A DNA stretch of 64,000 nt from Vicinamibacteria bacterium (GTDB lineage Bacteria > Acidobacteriota > Vicinamibacteria > Marinacidobacterales > Marinacidobacteraceae), in NCBI GenBank assembly GCA_965215615.1, contig OZ244068.1:1648223-1712222 (forward strand), in the 5' to 3' direction. Under the pieces are notes generated by a model that saw only the letters and a list, made by a program, of their open reading frames with translations, did no database searches and was not told where the DNA came from. The first letter of the stretch is position 1, and every line of letters begins with the position of its first letter. Position numbers and translations under genes: made by a program. Positions 26,854 to 37,400 of the stretch are shown here, piece by piece.

Positions 26854-28962
26854 ATGTCCAATCCGCCCCTTCGCGAAGAGCCCGCCCTCGCGCCGAAGGA
26901 GCTCTCGCAGCTCGCCTTCAACGCGCGCGTGCTGCAAGAAGCGCAGGACAAAAGCGTCCCGCTGCTGGAACGGCTTCGTTTCCTCGGAATCTTTTCGAGC
27001 AACCAGGATGAGTACTACCGGGTGCGGGTCGCCACCATCCAGCGGCTGGAGCGGCTCGGTTCGCGTGGCGCGGCTCTCCTCGGTTCGTCGCCCGCCGAAC
27101 TCCTCGAAGCGATCCAGGGGCGCATCCTCGACGATCAGGCCGTCTTTCTCGAAACCTACGAAAAGCTGCTTCGGGAACTCGAAGAGAACGGCATCCACAT
27201 CGTCACCGAAAGCGACCTGAACCGAAGACAACGGCGATTCGTCGCCGAATTCTTCGAGCGGGAAGTGCGGCCCCACCTCACCCCGATTCTCCTTCAGGAA
27301 ACCCCCCGCCGGCTGGTTCTCTCCGAGCGGGACATCTACCTCGGAGTTCGGGTCGAACGGGGCGAAAACCGCGACCCCATCTACGCGATCGTGGATGTCC
27401 CGACCCGGGTCCTGACCCGCTTCGTGCGGCTGCCGACGCAGCGGAAACAATCCGCCTTCATCCTGCTCGAAGACGTCATCCGCTTCGGCCTCGCCGACGT
27501 ATTTTCCGTTTTCGGCCCCGAACGCGCCGAGGGCTTCGTGGTCAAGCTCACCCGCGATGCCGAACTGGATCTCGACGGCCACCCCAAGGAGAGCTACCTG
27601 ACCAAGGTGGAGAAGAGCATCAGCCGGCGAAGGACTGCCGACCTCGTCCGCTTCGTCTATGACGAGAACATGCCGGAAGATCTGCTGCACGCGCTCCGCA
27701 AGAACCTCGACGTGGACGAGAGCACTTCGCTGGTCCCCGGCGGGAGACACCACAACTTCAAGGACTTCATCGATTTTCCCGATCTGGACCCGAACCTGCG
27801 CTACACCCCCGAAGAACCGCTGCCGCTGCCCGACATCGATTCCCGCAAAACCGTCCTGAGCGCGGTCCGGCGCGGGGACATCCTGCTCCACACGCCCTAT
27901 CAGCGTTTTTCCTATCTGATCGATCTCCTCCGCGAGGCGGCGATCGACCCCAAGGTCACCCGGATCGCGGTCACTCTCTATCGGGTCGCCACCAACTCGA
28001 GCATCGTCCGGGCGCTCATCGGGGCGGCGCGGAACGGCAAGCGGGTGACCGCGGTGGTCGAGCTCACCGCCCGCTTCGACGAGGCCGTCAACATCGGGTT
28101 CACCGAACGGCTGGTCCGCGAAGGGGTCCGGGTCGTCTTCGGGCCGGAGGATCTGAAGGTGCACGCCAAGCTCGGCCTGATCGAGCGTCGGGAGCACGGC
28201 CGGAAGGCTCTTTACGGGTTACTCGGCACCGGCAACATGAACGAGAACACCGGAAGGCTCTACACCGACCATTTCCTGCTGACCACCCACCGCGGGCTTT
28301 GCGAGGACATCGCGACGCTGTTCCGGATCATCCGGCATCCGTACGAGGATCGAAGGTTTCGTCATCTGCTGGTCGCCCCCTGGACGCTGCGCTCTTCCAT
28401 CGAAGAACGGATCGAGGCGGAGGCGGAGCGGGCCCGGAACAGGGAACCGGCGTTCATCGATGTGAAGCTGAACAACCTGACCCACCCCGAAACCATGCGC
28501 CGGCTCCTCGCCGCCGCGGAGGCCGGAGTCCGGGTGCGCCTGAACGTGCGCGGCGCACTCGCGCTTCCCACCGAAGAGAAGAGGATCCCCTCCCGCCTGA
28601 AGGCCATCGGTCTCATCGACCGGCGCCTCGAGCATTCCCGCTTCTTCACGTTCGGAAACGGCGGGCAGCCGCTGACCTTTGTCGCTTCCGCCGACTGGAT
28701 GCCCCGCAACTTCGAGCGACGGATCGAAATCGCGTTTCCGGTGTTCGAGCCGCGCCACCAGGAGGCCCTCCGCCAGTACTTCGAAATCCAGTGGGCGGAC
28801 AACACCAAGGCGCGCCTTCACGATCCGCGGGGGCGAAACCGGCGGGTCCGGCGCACCGGACGCGCGCGGCGGGCCCAGTCCGAGCTTCACGACTGGCTTG
28901 CCCGATCTTCCGAAGAGACGAGCGTCGCGGTGAGTCCTTCGCCGGCTTCGAGCCTTTCGTAG
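26854..28962 (+). CDS. ppk: polyphosphate kinase 1
   Basis: 'LERLRFLGIFSSNQDEYYRVR...' PPK N-domain, two PLD-like C-domains; ATG at 26854 (the track ORF starts 546 nt upstream in a non-coding extension). Confidence 0.9.
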   Translation: MSNPPLREEPALAPKELSQLAFNARVLQEAQDKSVPLLERLRFLGIFSSNQDEYYRVRVATIQRLERLGSRGAALLGSSPAELLEAIQGRILDDQAVFLETYEKLLRELEENGIHIVTESDLNRRQRRFVAEFFEREVRPHLTPILLQETPRRLVLSERDIYLGVRVERGENRDPIYAIVDVPTRVLTRFVRLPTQRKQSAFILLEDVIRFGLADVFSVFGPERAEGFVVKLTRDAELDLDGHPKESYLTKVEKSISRRRTADLVRFVYDENMPEDLLHALRKNLDVDESTSLVPGGRHHNFKDFIDFPDLDPNLRYTPEEPLPLPDIDSRKTVLSAVRRGDILLHTPYQRFSYLIDLLREAAIDPKVTRIAVTLYRVATNSSIVRALIGAARNGKRVTAVVELTARFDEAVNIGFTERLVREGVRVVFGPEDLKVHAKLGLIERREHGRKALYGLLGTGNMNENTGRLYTDHFLLTTHRGLCEDIATLFRIIRHPYEDRRFRHLLVAPWTLRSSIEERIEAEAERARNREPAFIDVKLNNLTHPETMRRLLAAAEAGVRVRLNVRGALALPTEEKRIPSRLKAIGLIDRRLEHSRFFTFGNGGQPLTFVASADWMPRNFERRIEIAFPVFEPRHQEALRQYFEIQWADNTKARLHDPRGRNRRVRRTGRARRAQSELHDWLARSSEETSVAVSPSPASSLS

Positions 28963-29918
28963 GCCGTCGCCGCGTCCGGGAACGCCACCCGGAACGACGG
29001 GAGTTCCTCGAGCGGAAGCTCCGCGAGAAGCGACCACGCCACCTCCCGGCGGCGGCCGATGCTCCAGGCCGGCCCGAGCGCCGGGAGATGGCTCACCTGG
29101 CTGGACACGATCCGCAACCGGCCCCGGTGGAACCAGCCGCCGAGATCGAGCGATGCCTTTCCCCCCGCGAGCCAGGAACCGGCGACGAGCTTCCCGTCGC
29201 GCGCCGTGAGGCCGATCGCCGCATCGAGGCCGGCCGGGCTCCCCGAGACTTCGAAGACGAGGTCCGCGCCGTTCGGGTGCTTGCGAGCGAGCGTCCCGAT
29301 CTCTTCCGGAGCGAGCACCGTCCGGGCACCCAGCCCGGCCGAAAGAGCCCGGCGTTCGGGAAGCGGATCCACCGCGACCAGATCGCCGAGCGGAAACCGG
29401 GCGAGCAGGGCCACGAGCGCAAGCCCGAGCATCCCCTGCCCGATCACCACCACCCGGTCTCCCACCCGGGGCGGGCCGTCGAGCAGCAGGTTCACTGCCG
29501 TTTCGCAATAGGGAAAGCGCACCGCGCGCTCGTCGGGGATTCCCGGGGGAACCGGAAGCAGCCCGGCGGGAGCGGCATGAAAGCGCGTTTCATGGGGGAC
29601 GAAGGCGAAGACCGGCCCCTCGGGCACCGACTCCGGGGAAACTCCGGCACCGACCTCCTCGATCTCTCCGAGGGTCGCGTAGCCGTAGCGAAAGGGAAAA
29701 CCGAACCCGCTCCCCCCGAGCGCCTCGATGGATTCATCGCGCACGAGAGACGGGTCCAGATCCCCGCGCCACGCCGCGAGTTCGGTTCCGGTGCTGATCA
29801 GCGCGAGCCGCGAGCGAACCTGAACCCGCTCCCTCGGTGGCGGGGGAAGCTCCTCCCGTCGGATGCCGATTCTTCGCGGCCCCTCGAACCAGACCGAAAG
29901 GCGCTCGCGCGGTGTCAT
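28887..29918 (-). CDS. medium-chain (Zn-dependent alcohol dehydrogenase-like) dehydrogenase/reductase
   Basis: MDR fold with 'VVVIGQGMLGL' nucleotide-binding motif; ATG at 29916-29918; the track ORF carries a 49-codon 5' extension. Confidence 0.7.
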   Translation of the reverse strand: MTPRERLSVWFEGPRRIGIRREELPPPPRERVQVRSRLALISTGTELAAWRGDLDPSLVRDESIEALGGSGFGFPFRYGYATLGEIEEVGAGVSPESVPEGPVFAFVPHETRFHAAPAGLLPVPPGIPDERAVRFPYCETAVNLLLDGPPRVGDRVVVIGQGMLGLALVALLARFPLGDLVAVDPLPERRALSAGLGARTVLAPEEIGTLARKHPNGADLVFEVSGSPAGLDAAIGLTARDGKLVAGSWLAGGKASLDLGGWFHRGRLRIVSSQVSHLPALGPAWSIGRRREVAWSLLAELPLEELPSFRVAFPDAATAYERLEAGEGLTATLVSSEDRASQS

Positions 29919-30679
29919 CGGCTGCGGAAATCCGGGACTCCGGCGACGACCAGATCGTCGTCGAAGCGCTCCCACTGCCAGCGGCGCAGGGAAACCGCGG
30001 CGGCGACCCGCGCGAGGGCCGGCTCTCCCCCGACGAGTCGGGGAGCGACGGTGATCACCGCGCAATCAGCCAGCCGGGCGGCGAAGAGCGAGGTGAGCAC
30101 CCGCCCTCCCCCTTCGACGAGCACCCGCCGGAATCCACGTTGCCAGAGGAGGCGCGCCAAAAGCGTCAGGGGAACCCTGCCGGCCCGATCCACCGGGAAT
30201 CGCAGGACGACGGCTCCCCGCTCCCGGAGCTGCTCTTCGGCCTCGGCGGGGGCATCTTCCGCAGCGGCGACCAAAAGGTTCCGCTTGTCGGGAATCCCCT
30301 TGAAAAGACGCGCTTCGAGCGGCAATCGCAACCGGCTGTCGAGGACGACCGGATCCGGGCTCTGGCCGGATGCCAGCCGGACATCGAGCCTCGGATCGTC
30401 GGAAAGCACCGTCCCGATTCCGACCAGGATGGCGTCGTGCTGGGAACGGAGCCGGTGGGTGAGTTCGAGGGCCGCGGAGCCGCTGAGTCGCAGCGGCTCG
30501 CTCGGGTTGGCGGCGATCGAGCCGTCGAGGCTCTGCGCGTAGGTGACGGTGATGGAGGGACGGCTCGGGCGACGACGACGCGCCCCTCCCACCAGCTCCC
30601 GGACGAGCGCTTCGATCCGGGAAGACGGCACCGCTTCGGAGGCCGGCCTCACTGCGGGTTTTCGGCCGGGTGCCACCAC
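29915..30679 (-). CDS. RibD C-terminal domain (DHFR-like) reductase
   Basis: 'ITVTYAQSLDGSIA...DAILVGIGTVLSDDPRL...RVLVEGGGRVLTSL' typical of 5-amino-6-(5-phosphoribosylamino)uracil reductase-like proteins; start uncertain. Confidence 0.65.
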   Translation of the reverse strand: MVAPGRKPAVRPASEAVPSSRIEALVRELVGGARRRRPSRPSITVTYAQSLDGSIAANPSEPLRLSGSAALELTHRLRSQHDAILVGIGTVLSDDPRLDVRLASGQSPDPVVLDSRLRLPLEARLFKGIPDKRNLLVAAAEDAPAEAEEQLRERGAVVLRFPVDRAGRVPLTLLARLLWQRGFRRVLVEGGGRVLTSLFAARLADCAVITVAPRLVGGEPALARVAAAVSLRRWQWERFDDDLVVAGVPDFRSR

Positions 30680-32868
30680 CCGATGTCGTCGAGCAGGACA
30701 TCACCCGCAACCGTCCCGCCAAAGGAGAACCGGACAGCCCGGACGAACACTTCGGCCTCGGTTCCGGTCAGCTCGCGAAGGGAGATGGCGCGCGCCTGGG
30801 GGATGGGCTCGGTCAGCCGCCGGTACCGCGCCCGGTTCATGCGCGCCGATTTCAGGAAACGCACTTCGAAGGCCGGTTCGGGAGAGGGGACGGCCACCGG
30901 CTGGAAGTCCGTCTCCTCGCAGGGAGTCTCGACGGGGACATCGGCCGGGCAATCGCCTTCGATGAGTTCCACGCTCATCGCGAGCGGAGGCGAGGGTTCG
31001 CCGCCCGTCCGGCCGGGTGTCCAGGTCACCGAGAAAACCAGCTCGTCGCTTCCATCGAGCCGCTGCGGTTCGGGAAACTGCAGTTCGTAGAAGGCCGGGG
31101 AAACGCTTTCGGCGATCCGGAGCCGCACCGCCGAGGTCGCCTGCTTCGAGCCGTCCCGGAACATCACTTCCTCTTCTCCCCATTCGGAAAACCCTTCGGC
31201 CTCGATGCGGATGCCCGGAGCGGTCCCGGAGACGAGATCGAGGTCTTCCTCGAACGTCGCAAGGTACGTGGTCTGTCCGTCCGCGTACTGGTTCTGGTAG
31301 GGAATGTCGGGCAGGAAGAGCATCCCCGCCCGGTAATCCCGGAGAAGCGGAAGCCATTCGGTCTCGCCCAGCAGGGTGACCCGGAGGAAGGCCGCGAGGT
31401 AGGAGCGGGCTACCTGTTGCTGGTCTTCCTCGGAGACGAGCGGTGTCCGGTTCAGATAGAGCGATCCGGGAAGGCCGGAATCCATGCCCCAGGTGCTGTT
31501 GAACTGCCCGTGGTTGCCTCCATGAAGGAGGATGCCCGCTTTCACGCCGTAGGGGATCGCGCCTTCGAGCGGCTCACCGCTGAACCGGACCCGGTGGTAC
31601 TGCCGCAACCCGTGGAAGCTCGGCTCGTCGGTGTCGTAGGAGCCGTGGATCGCGAGGAAATGCTTGTCCTCGAGGAACATCCGCCTCGAGTAGCGGCGAT
31701 CGATCTGGGCGATCGCGACGACGGCACGGATTCCGAATCCGTAGTCGAACTCCATCCCGGCGCGGTCGGGGAAGCGATCCAGATCGTTGAACACCGCCGC
31801 GATCGCCGCGGCTTCTCCGCCGCGGGAGTGGCCGACCAGAGCTACCTGGTCGAGATCGAGGCGCTGGTAGAGCGGGGAATCCGGGTCCATGTCCATCTCC
31901 CGGAGCGCCGCGAGGTGTTCGAGCAGCAAGATGCCGCGGGCGGGCATTTCCCGGCCCCCGAAATCACCGGACCAGGTTCCGTTCAGGAAGTTCGAGTCCA
32001 CGGAGATGCCCACGATCCCCATGCTCGCGAGCATCCCGGTCAGATAGCCGTATCCGTCGTCCGAAAAGTCTTCCATCGCGTGATTGCCGTGGACGATGAG
32101 GGCGACCGGATGCCGTTCCCCGGCCCCGCCTCGCGGCAGGTGCACCCGCCCGTTCACCGGCGCGTCGGAGATTCCGAAACCCCACCACCACTCCCGGTGA
32201 CTCGCGCGGAATCCGGCCCACTCCGGAAGCGCCGGGCCGAGATCCACCGGCTCGGTGCGGATATCGACGCGGGCACCGAACTCCTCGCGATGCGGATCTT
32301 CCCCGCTGCCGTAGGTGAGTGATTCGATCGGGCGGCGGCCCATTCCCGGATCGGCCTGAAGGATCACCGGAGCGCCTTCCCGATCGAGAGGCACCCGCGG
32401 GTACGGATCCGACCCGCTGTCGAAGAGCCACCAGATTCCCGGACCGAGCAGGAGGATGCCCCCGGAGAGGAGCAACCACCCGCCCCGCGTGCCGTAGCCC
32501 CCGTATCGCCCGAAGGACACCGAAAAACCCCAGCCGAGCAGGAAGGGGCCCCCCAGCGCGACGAGCAGGAACCAGAGGAACAACTCGTCCGGAACCCGCA
32601 GCAGATGGTTGCGCAGGAGCACGAGGCCGACCACCGAAGCGAGCGCGACGGCGATGGCGTCCGAACGCAGCCAATCCGCGTCGTGGAGCAGATTCCGGAT
32701 GAGAATCGCCGCGACGACCAGAACGACGATTCCGGCGAGAAGCGCCAGAAACGCCGTCAGGATGCCGAGCGCCCCCGGAGCGAACAGCAGCCCCCCCGTC
32801 ACGTACAGGAGCAGCGCGACGGTCGCCGCCGCCACGCCGCCGCCGCCGAGAACCCTGATGTCTCTCAT
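30649..32868 (-). CDS. membrane-anchored alpha/beta-hydrolase (lipase/esterase-like)
   Basis: Four to five N-terminal TM helices; 'GHSRGG' nucleophile elbow; 739 aa. Confidence 0.6.
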   Translation of the reverse strand: MRDIRVLGGGGVAAATVALLLYVTGGLLFAPGALGILTAFLALLAGIVVLVVAAILIRNLLHDADWLRSDAIAVALASVVGLVLLRNHLLRVPDELFLWFLLVALGGPFLLGWGFSVSFGRYGGYGTRGGWLLLSGGILLLGPGIWWLFDSGSDPYPRVPLDREGAPVILQADPGMGRRPIESLTYGSGEDPHREEFGARVDIRTEPVDLGPALPEWAGFRASHREWWWGFGISDAPVNGRVHLPRGGAGERHPVALIVHGNHAMEDFSDDGYGYLTGMLASMGIVGISVDSNFLNGTWSGDFGGREMPARGILLLEHLAALREMDMDPDSPLYQRLDLDQVALVGHSRGGEAAAIAAVFNDLDRFPDRAGMEFDYGFGIRAVVAIAQIDRRYSRRMFLEDKHFLAIHGSYDTDEPSFHGLRQYHRVRFSGEPLEGAIPYGVKAGILLHGGNHGQFNSTWGMDSGLPGSLYLNRTPLVSEEDQQQVARSYLAAFLRVTLLGETEWLPLLRDYRAGMLFLPDIPYQNQYADGQTTYLATFEEDLDLVSGTAPGIRIEAEGFSEWGEEEVMFRDGSKQATSAVRLRIAESVSPAFYELQFPEPQRLDGSDELVFSVTWTPGRTGGEPSPPLAMSVELIEGDCPADVPVETPCEETDFQPVAVPSPEPAFEVRFLKSARMNRARYRRLTEPIPQARAISLRELTGTEAEVFVRAVRFSFGGTVAGDVLLDDIGWWHPAENPQ

Positions 32869-32898
32869 CCCCGTCAGAGCGAATCCGGCCCGGCCGGA

Positions 32899-33282
32899 TC
32901 AGTCTCCCCTGATGTAATCGTCCGTCCCGTCCAGCCAGTCCTGCCGGGGAGGGGTGAAGATGTCCACGTCGAGAGTGTCTTCGAGCGCAAGCGCCTTGTG
33001 CGGAACCCAGGAAGGCAGCACCAGCACCTCCCCCTCCCGCACGTCGATGGGCGCGGAGTCCTCCGAGTCGATCCAGAAGCGGAGCGCCCCCTTCAGCACC
33101 CAGGTGATCTGCTCGTTCTCGTGGGAATGCATGGGAACCACCGCGCCCTTGTCCAGATGGACGTGCGTGAGCATGGCCCGCTCACCGGTGATGATCCGCC
33201 GTTTTATGGAACTGCTGAGGCGTTCCTTTTCCATCGCTTCCCAGCGAATGAGGCGAACCTCGTTCTTTTTGTTGTCTTTCAT
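32899..33282 (-). CDS. cupin-domain protein
   Basis: 'HSHENEQITWVLKGAL...' cupin motifs. Confidence 0.7.
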   Translation of the reverse strand: MKDNKKNEVRLIRWEAMEKERLSSSIKRRIITGERAMLTHVHLDKGAVVPMHSHENEQITWVLKGALRFWIDSEDSAPIDVREGEVLVLPSWVPHKALALEDTLDVDIFTPPRQDWLDGTDDYIRGD

Positions 33283-33359
33283 GTTGTTCCTTATGACCGC
33301 TCCTTCCGGGCCGCATCATACCGATCTGTCGGGCCGATCTGTCAGGAAGCGGTGGACCA

Positions 33360-33752
33360 TCATCTCCAGTAGCCGGAGAGGATGCCGAGCGCGAGGCCGA
33401 AAACGCCGACCACCGCCGGGAAGACGAGCAGCCCGGCGAAAAGCCGTCCCGGAAGGCCCAGCCGGCCCGGCCAGAAGATGACGAGCGCCTGCGCGCCCAT
33501 CGTCGCGTAGAGGCTTGCGTTCGCGATCTCCGGCCGGGCGCAGAACGGGCAATCGGGATGCCCGGGAGTCTGGATGTTGCAATACGCGATGCCCCCCGCC
33601 CAGAGCGAAACGCAACCACAGTCGTAGATCAGGTCGCAGAGATTGATGAAGAAGATTCCGGCGACCGCCGCCACGACTGCGAAAGCGCCGGCCCGCAGCA
33701 AAAGCCGGGAGAACAGGCCGGGCGGAAACCGCGGGGGCAGATCACTGGTCAC
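33360..33752 (-). CDS. DUF2752-family small membrane protein
   Basis: Cys-rich 'CDLIYDCGCVSLW...CPFCA' with flanking TM helices. Confidence 0.55.
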   Translation of the reverse strand: MTSDLPPRFPPGLFSRLLLRAGAFAVVAAVAGIFFINLCDLIYDCGCVSLWAGGIAYCNIQTPGHPDCPFCARPEIANASLYATMGAQALVIFWPGRLGLPGRLFAGLLVFPAVVGVFGLALGILSGYWR

Positions 33753-33808
33753 GACCCGCCCATTGTACGGAGCCGGAGGGCCGGGTTCACCCGGCTAGAC
33801 TGGCCCGG

Positions 33809-34138
33809 ATGCCCGAAGCTCCTCGCGGGAAGTTCGGTCGCGTGCACCAGCTCGTCCGCCGGATTCCGGCCGGCCGGGTCACGAGCTACGGCCGCCTGGC
33901 CCGCGCGGTCAGCGCCGAAGGACACCCGCTTTCAGCGCGGGAGGCCGGCTGGGCCATGCGGAACTGCCCCGACGGGGTGCCCTGGCACCGGGTGGTGAAC
34001 GCGGCGGGCGAGCTCTCGGCAGAGGCGCGGGGCGGCTGTCCGCAGGGCCTTCAGCGAGCCCTCCTCGAACGCGAACGGGTTTTGTTCGATTCTCGCGGGA
34101 AAGTCCGGATGGATCTCCACCTCTGGGAGCCCGCCTGA
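33809..34138 (+). CDS. atl: alkyltransferase-like protein (MGMT DNA-binding domain without the catalytic Cys; PWHRV)
   Basis: 'TSYGRLA' and 'PWHRVVNAAG' where MGMT has PCHRV; 109 aa. Confidence 0.7.
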   Translation: MPEAPRGKFGRVHQLVRRIPAGRVTSYGRLARAVSAEGHPLSAREAGWAMRNCPDGVPWHRVVNAAGELSAEARGGCPQGLQRALLERERVLFDSRGKVRMDLHLWEPA

Positions 34139-34235
34139 CAGGCTGTGGAAAAACCAACCTGACGCGGCATTCGCCGGGCGGTCGGGCGGTTCCCTGTTAC
34201 CATTCCGCTTGTGGGATGGGTGCCATTGGTGGACC

Positions 34236-34268
34236 GACAATCTCCACCGACAATCCCCACCGACCCGC
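34236..34268 (+). repeat. tandem direct repeats (caccgacaatcYc x2.5) in the 5' region of the giant gene
   Basis: 'gaccgacaatctccaccgacaatccccaccgacc' read directly, ~150 nt upstream of the ATG. Confidence 0.8.
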
Positions 34269-34382
34269 ACGGGAAGAGGACAGAACAGAGTGAGACGAAT
34301 GGACAGACCGGCGGTATGTGCGCCGAACACCCCGCTACGCACTGCCGGGCGGCTCACGGATAGCTCGCAGATAGCCCCTCTT

Positions 34383-34403
34383 CCCCCCCCCCCCCCCCCC
34401 CCC
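34383..34403 (+). repeat. homopolymeric poly-C tract (21 nt) ending 5 nt upstream of the giant gene ATG
   Basis: Direct reading: C run 34383-34403, then 'gaaaa', then ATG at 34409; no SD-like purine run; in-frame TAG 48 nt upstream rules out an earlier start. Confidence 0.95.
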
Positions 34404-34408
34404 GAAAA

Positions 34409-37400
34409 ATGCGCGGTGTAAGGGGCTGGTTTCGTGGGCGGGTAGCCCTGTCATGCAGGAGTCTCCGGGGCGTTCTCGCCGCCGCGCTGCTGTTCGGCAT
34501 CGCCACCGCCGCCGAAGCGCAGACGACCGTCACTTTCGTAAGCAATCTGAATAGCGAAGGCGGAACCGACAATGCTAATACATTTAGAGATCGCCTAGCG
34601 CAATCCTTCACCACGGGTGCCAGCAGTGGCGGCTATCTCCTGTCGTCCGTCGAGATCTACCTCGGTAGAAATGCCTATGTAGGGGGCACCCCTGTGGTCG
34701 TCATCCGTGCGGACAGCAGTGGCGACCCCGGTGATGTCGTAGTCACCCTGACCAATCCGGGAAGCTATCCCGGAAGGCAAGATAGAGATGGGGGCACTGC
34801 CATCTTCACCGCCCCAGCGGGCACGACGCTCGCCGCGAGCACCACCTACTGGGTGGTCATCAACGACGAAGATCGAAGTCTTTTCTGGGCGAGCGCCTAC
34901 AGCAAAAACCACACGACGACGGGACTGCCCGGCTGGAGCATGGGTGGTACAAAGATACGTCGACAGGGTGCTACTAATTGGGCAACTTTTGACGACCTAC
35001 TACCGATGGAACTCAGCGGCACGGTGGTCACTGCCAGCGGCCCCGACGCCCCCGCGAACCTGCAGGCGGTGGTGAGCAGCGGCCAGGTGGAGTTGACATG
35101 GGATGACCCGTCGGACGACACGATCACGAAGTACCAGTACCAGCAGCGGACGCCTCCCAGCACCGGCACCTGGGGAGAGTGGACGGACATTTCGAACAGC
35201 GACGAGGACACCACCGATCACACGGTGACGGGGTTGACGAACGGCACGGAGTACGAGTTCGGGGTGCGTGCAGTGGCGGGGAGCACGAACGGCACGGCGG
35301 CCACGGTGAGCGCGACGCCCGTCGCCCCACCGGCAGCGCCGACGAGCCTGACGGCCAGGGCGGGTGCCACCCAGGTCACGCTGAGCTGGACCGACCCGGG
35401 CAACGCCACGATCACGAAGTACCAGGTGCGTTACGGCGCGGGCCTGACCACCGATTCGGGCTTCAGTTGGGGGACGTGGGCAGACGTTTCGAGCAGCAGC
35501 GCGACCACCACGAGCGCCACGGTGACCGGGCTGACGAACGGCACGGAATACACCTTCGGGGTCCGCGCCGTCGGCCTTTCGGGGGATGGCGCGGAGGCGA
35601 CGGTGTCGGCGACGCCTTTGGCCTCGGGCGCCCCGGCCAAGCCGACGGGCCTGACGGCGACAGCGGGCGGTAGCAGCGTCACCCTGAGCTGGACCGCCCC
35701 GAGCGGCACGATCACGAAGTACCAGGTCCGTCAGGGGACGGGCGATCCGGTCATGTGGGGGGCGTGGGCGGACATCACGGGCACCACGAGCCACACGGTG
35801 ACGGGCCTGACGAACGGCACGGAATACAGCTTTCAGGTGCGCGCGGTGGCGAACACGGTGCTGGGTGCGATGTCGGACACGGCGTCCGCGACGCCGAACG
35901 CCCCGCCGGCGGCGCCCGCCGGCTTGAAGGCCGAGGCGTACCCCGCCGAGATCAGACTGGAGTGGACCGAGCAGACCGACGACACCATCACCGGGTACCA
36001 GTATCAGACCCGCGCCAGAAGCGAAGGCGACTGGGGCGACTGGAGCGGCTGGAGCAATGTGCCCCTCGGCGAAGTCGGCGAGGATGACAAGGTCTTCAGC
36101 TTTTCGGGCAAGAGCTATTACAAGGTGGCCGACCTGACCAACGGCACCGAGTACGGCGTCCGGATCCGGGCGGTGGCCGGAACGGTGCCCGGCGCGGCGT
36201 CGGCCATCGTGACCGGGACTCCGAACGTCCGGCCGCTCGCGCCCACGGGCCTGAGCGCCACGGCGGGCGACGGGCAGGTCAGCCTGACGTGGGACGATCC
36301 CTCGAACGCCGCGATCACCAAATACCAGGTGACTTACGAGGTGGTCGCCACGAGCGTGCCCGCGACGGAGGACGTCCCGGTCAACGGCGCCACCACCAGC
36401 CACACCGTGACGGGCCTGGTGAACGGCACCCTGTACAGCTTCGAACTCGTCCCCTTCGCCGGCACGGTGTCGGGCCCGTCTTCGGGCAAGGTGCGGGCGA
36501 CCCCGACGGCCCCGGCGGGCCTGACGCTGACGCAGCCGGACGACAGGCAGGTGGACGAGGGCGACACCGCGGACACGGCAACCTTCACGGTCGCGCTGAG
36601 GAGCTTGCCGGCCGCGGACGTGATGGTGACGGTGACCGCCCCCGCCGGGCTGGAACTCGACGGCCCGGATGCCGGCGGCGTGTTTGCTTCCAGCGAGGAC
36701 CTCGCCTTCACCACCGCGAACTGGAACAGCGCGCAGACGGTGACGGTGCGCGCCACCGACGACAGCACGGACAGCCCGAGCGGGCGGGAAGAGGTCATCG
36801 CCTGGTCCGCGACCTCGACGGACACCGACTACAGCGGCCTGAAAGGCGATGCGGCCACCGTCACGGTGGTGGACAACGACCCGACGACGGTGACGCTCGC
36901 GGGCGCCGCCGGGGATGTGACCGAGGGCGGGACGAAGGACTTCACCGTCACCCTGGGGCGCGGCCTGGTGAGCGGCGAGAGGCTGGTGGTGCCGCTGACC
37001 TTCGGCACCGGCACCGGCACCGCGACGCGGAACACGGACTACACGGTGGCGTGCCCCTCGCCGCTGCCGGACGGGGCCGGAGTGGTCTGCGCGAACCTGA
37101 ACACCGGAAACGCGGCGTTGACCTTCGCCGGTCCGAGCATGGGGGAGACGTTGAAGGAGGTGACGCTGACGCTGAGTGCGGCGAGCGACAACACGACCGA
37201 AACGGGCGGCGAGACGGTGATCATCGGCCTCGGCACGCTGAACGCGAGTTCGGGGACCGGTCTGGAGGGCGGGGCGAGCGGCACCGACAGCCTGGCGGAC
37301 TTCAAGATCACCGACCCGGACGCGAGTGTGCCGACGGTTGCGATCACCGGGATCCCGGCGAAGATCAACAACACGAACGCGCTGACGGCGACCTTCACCT

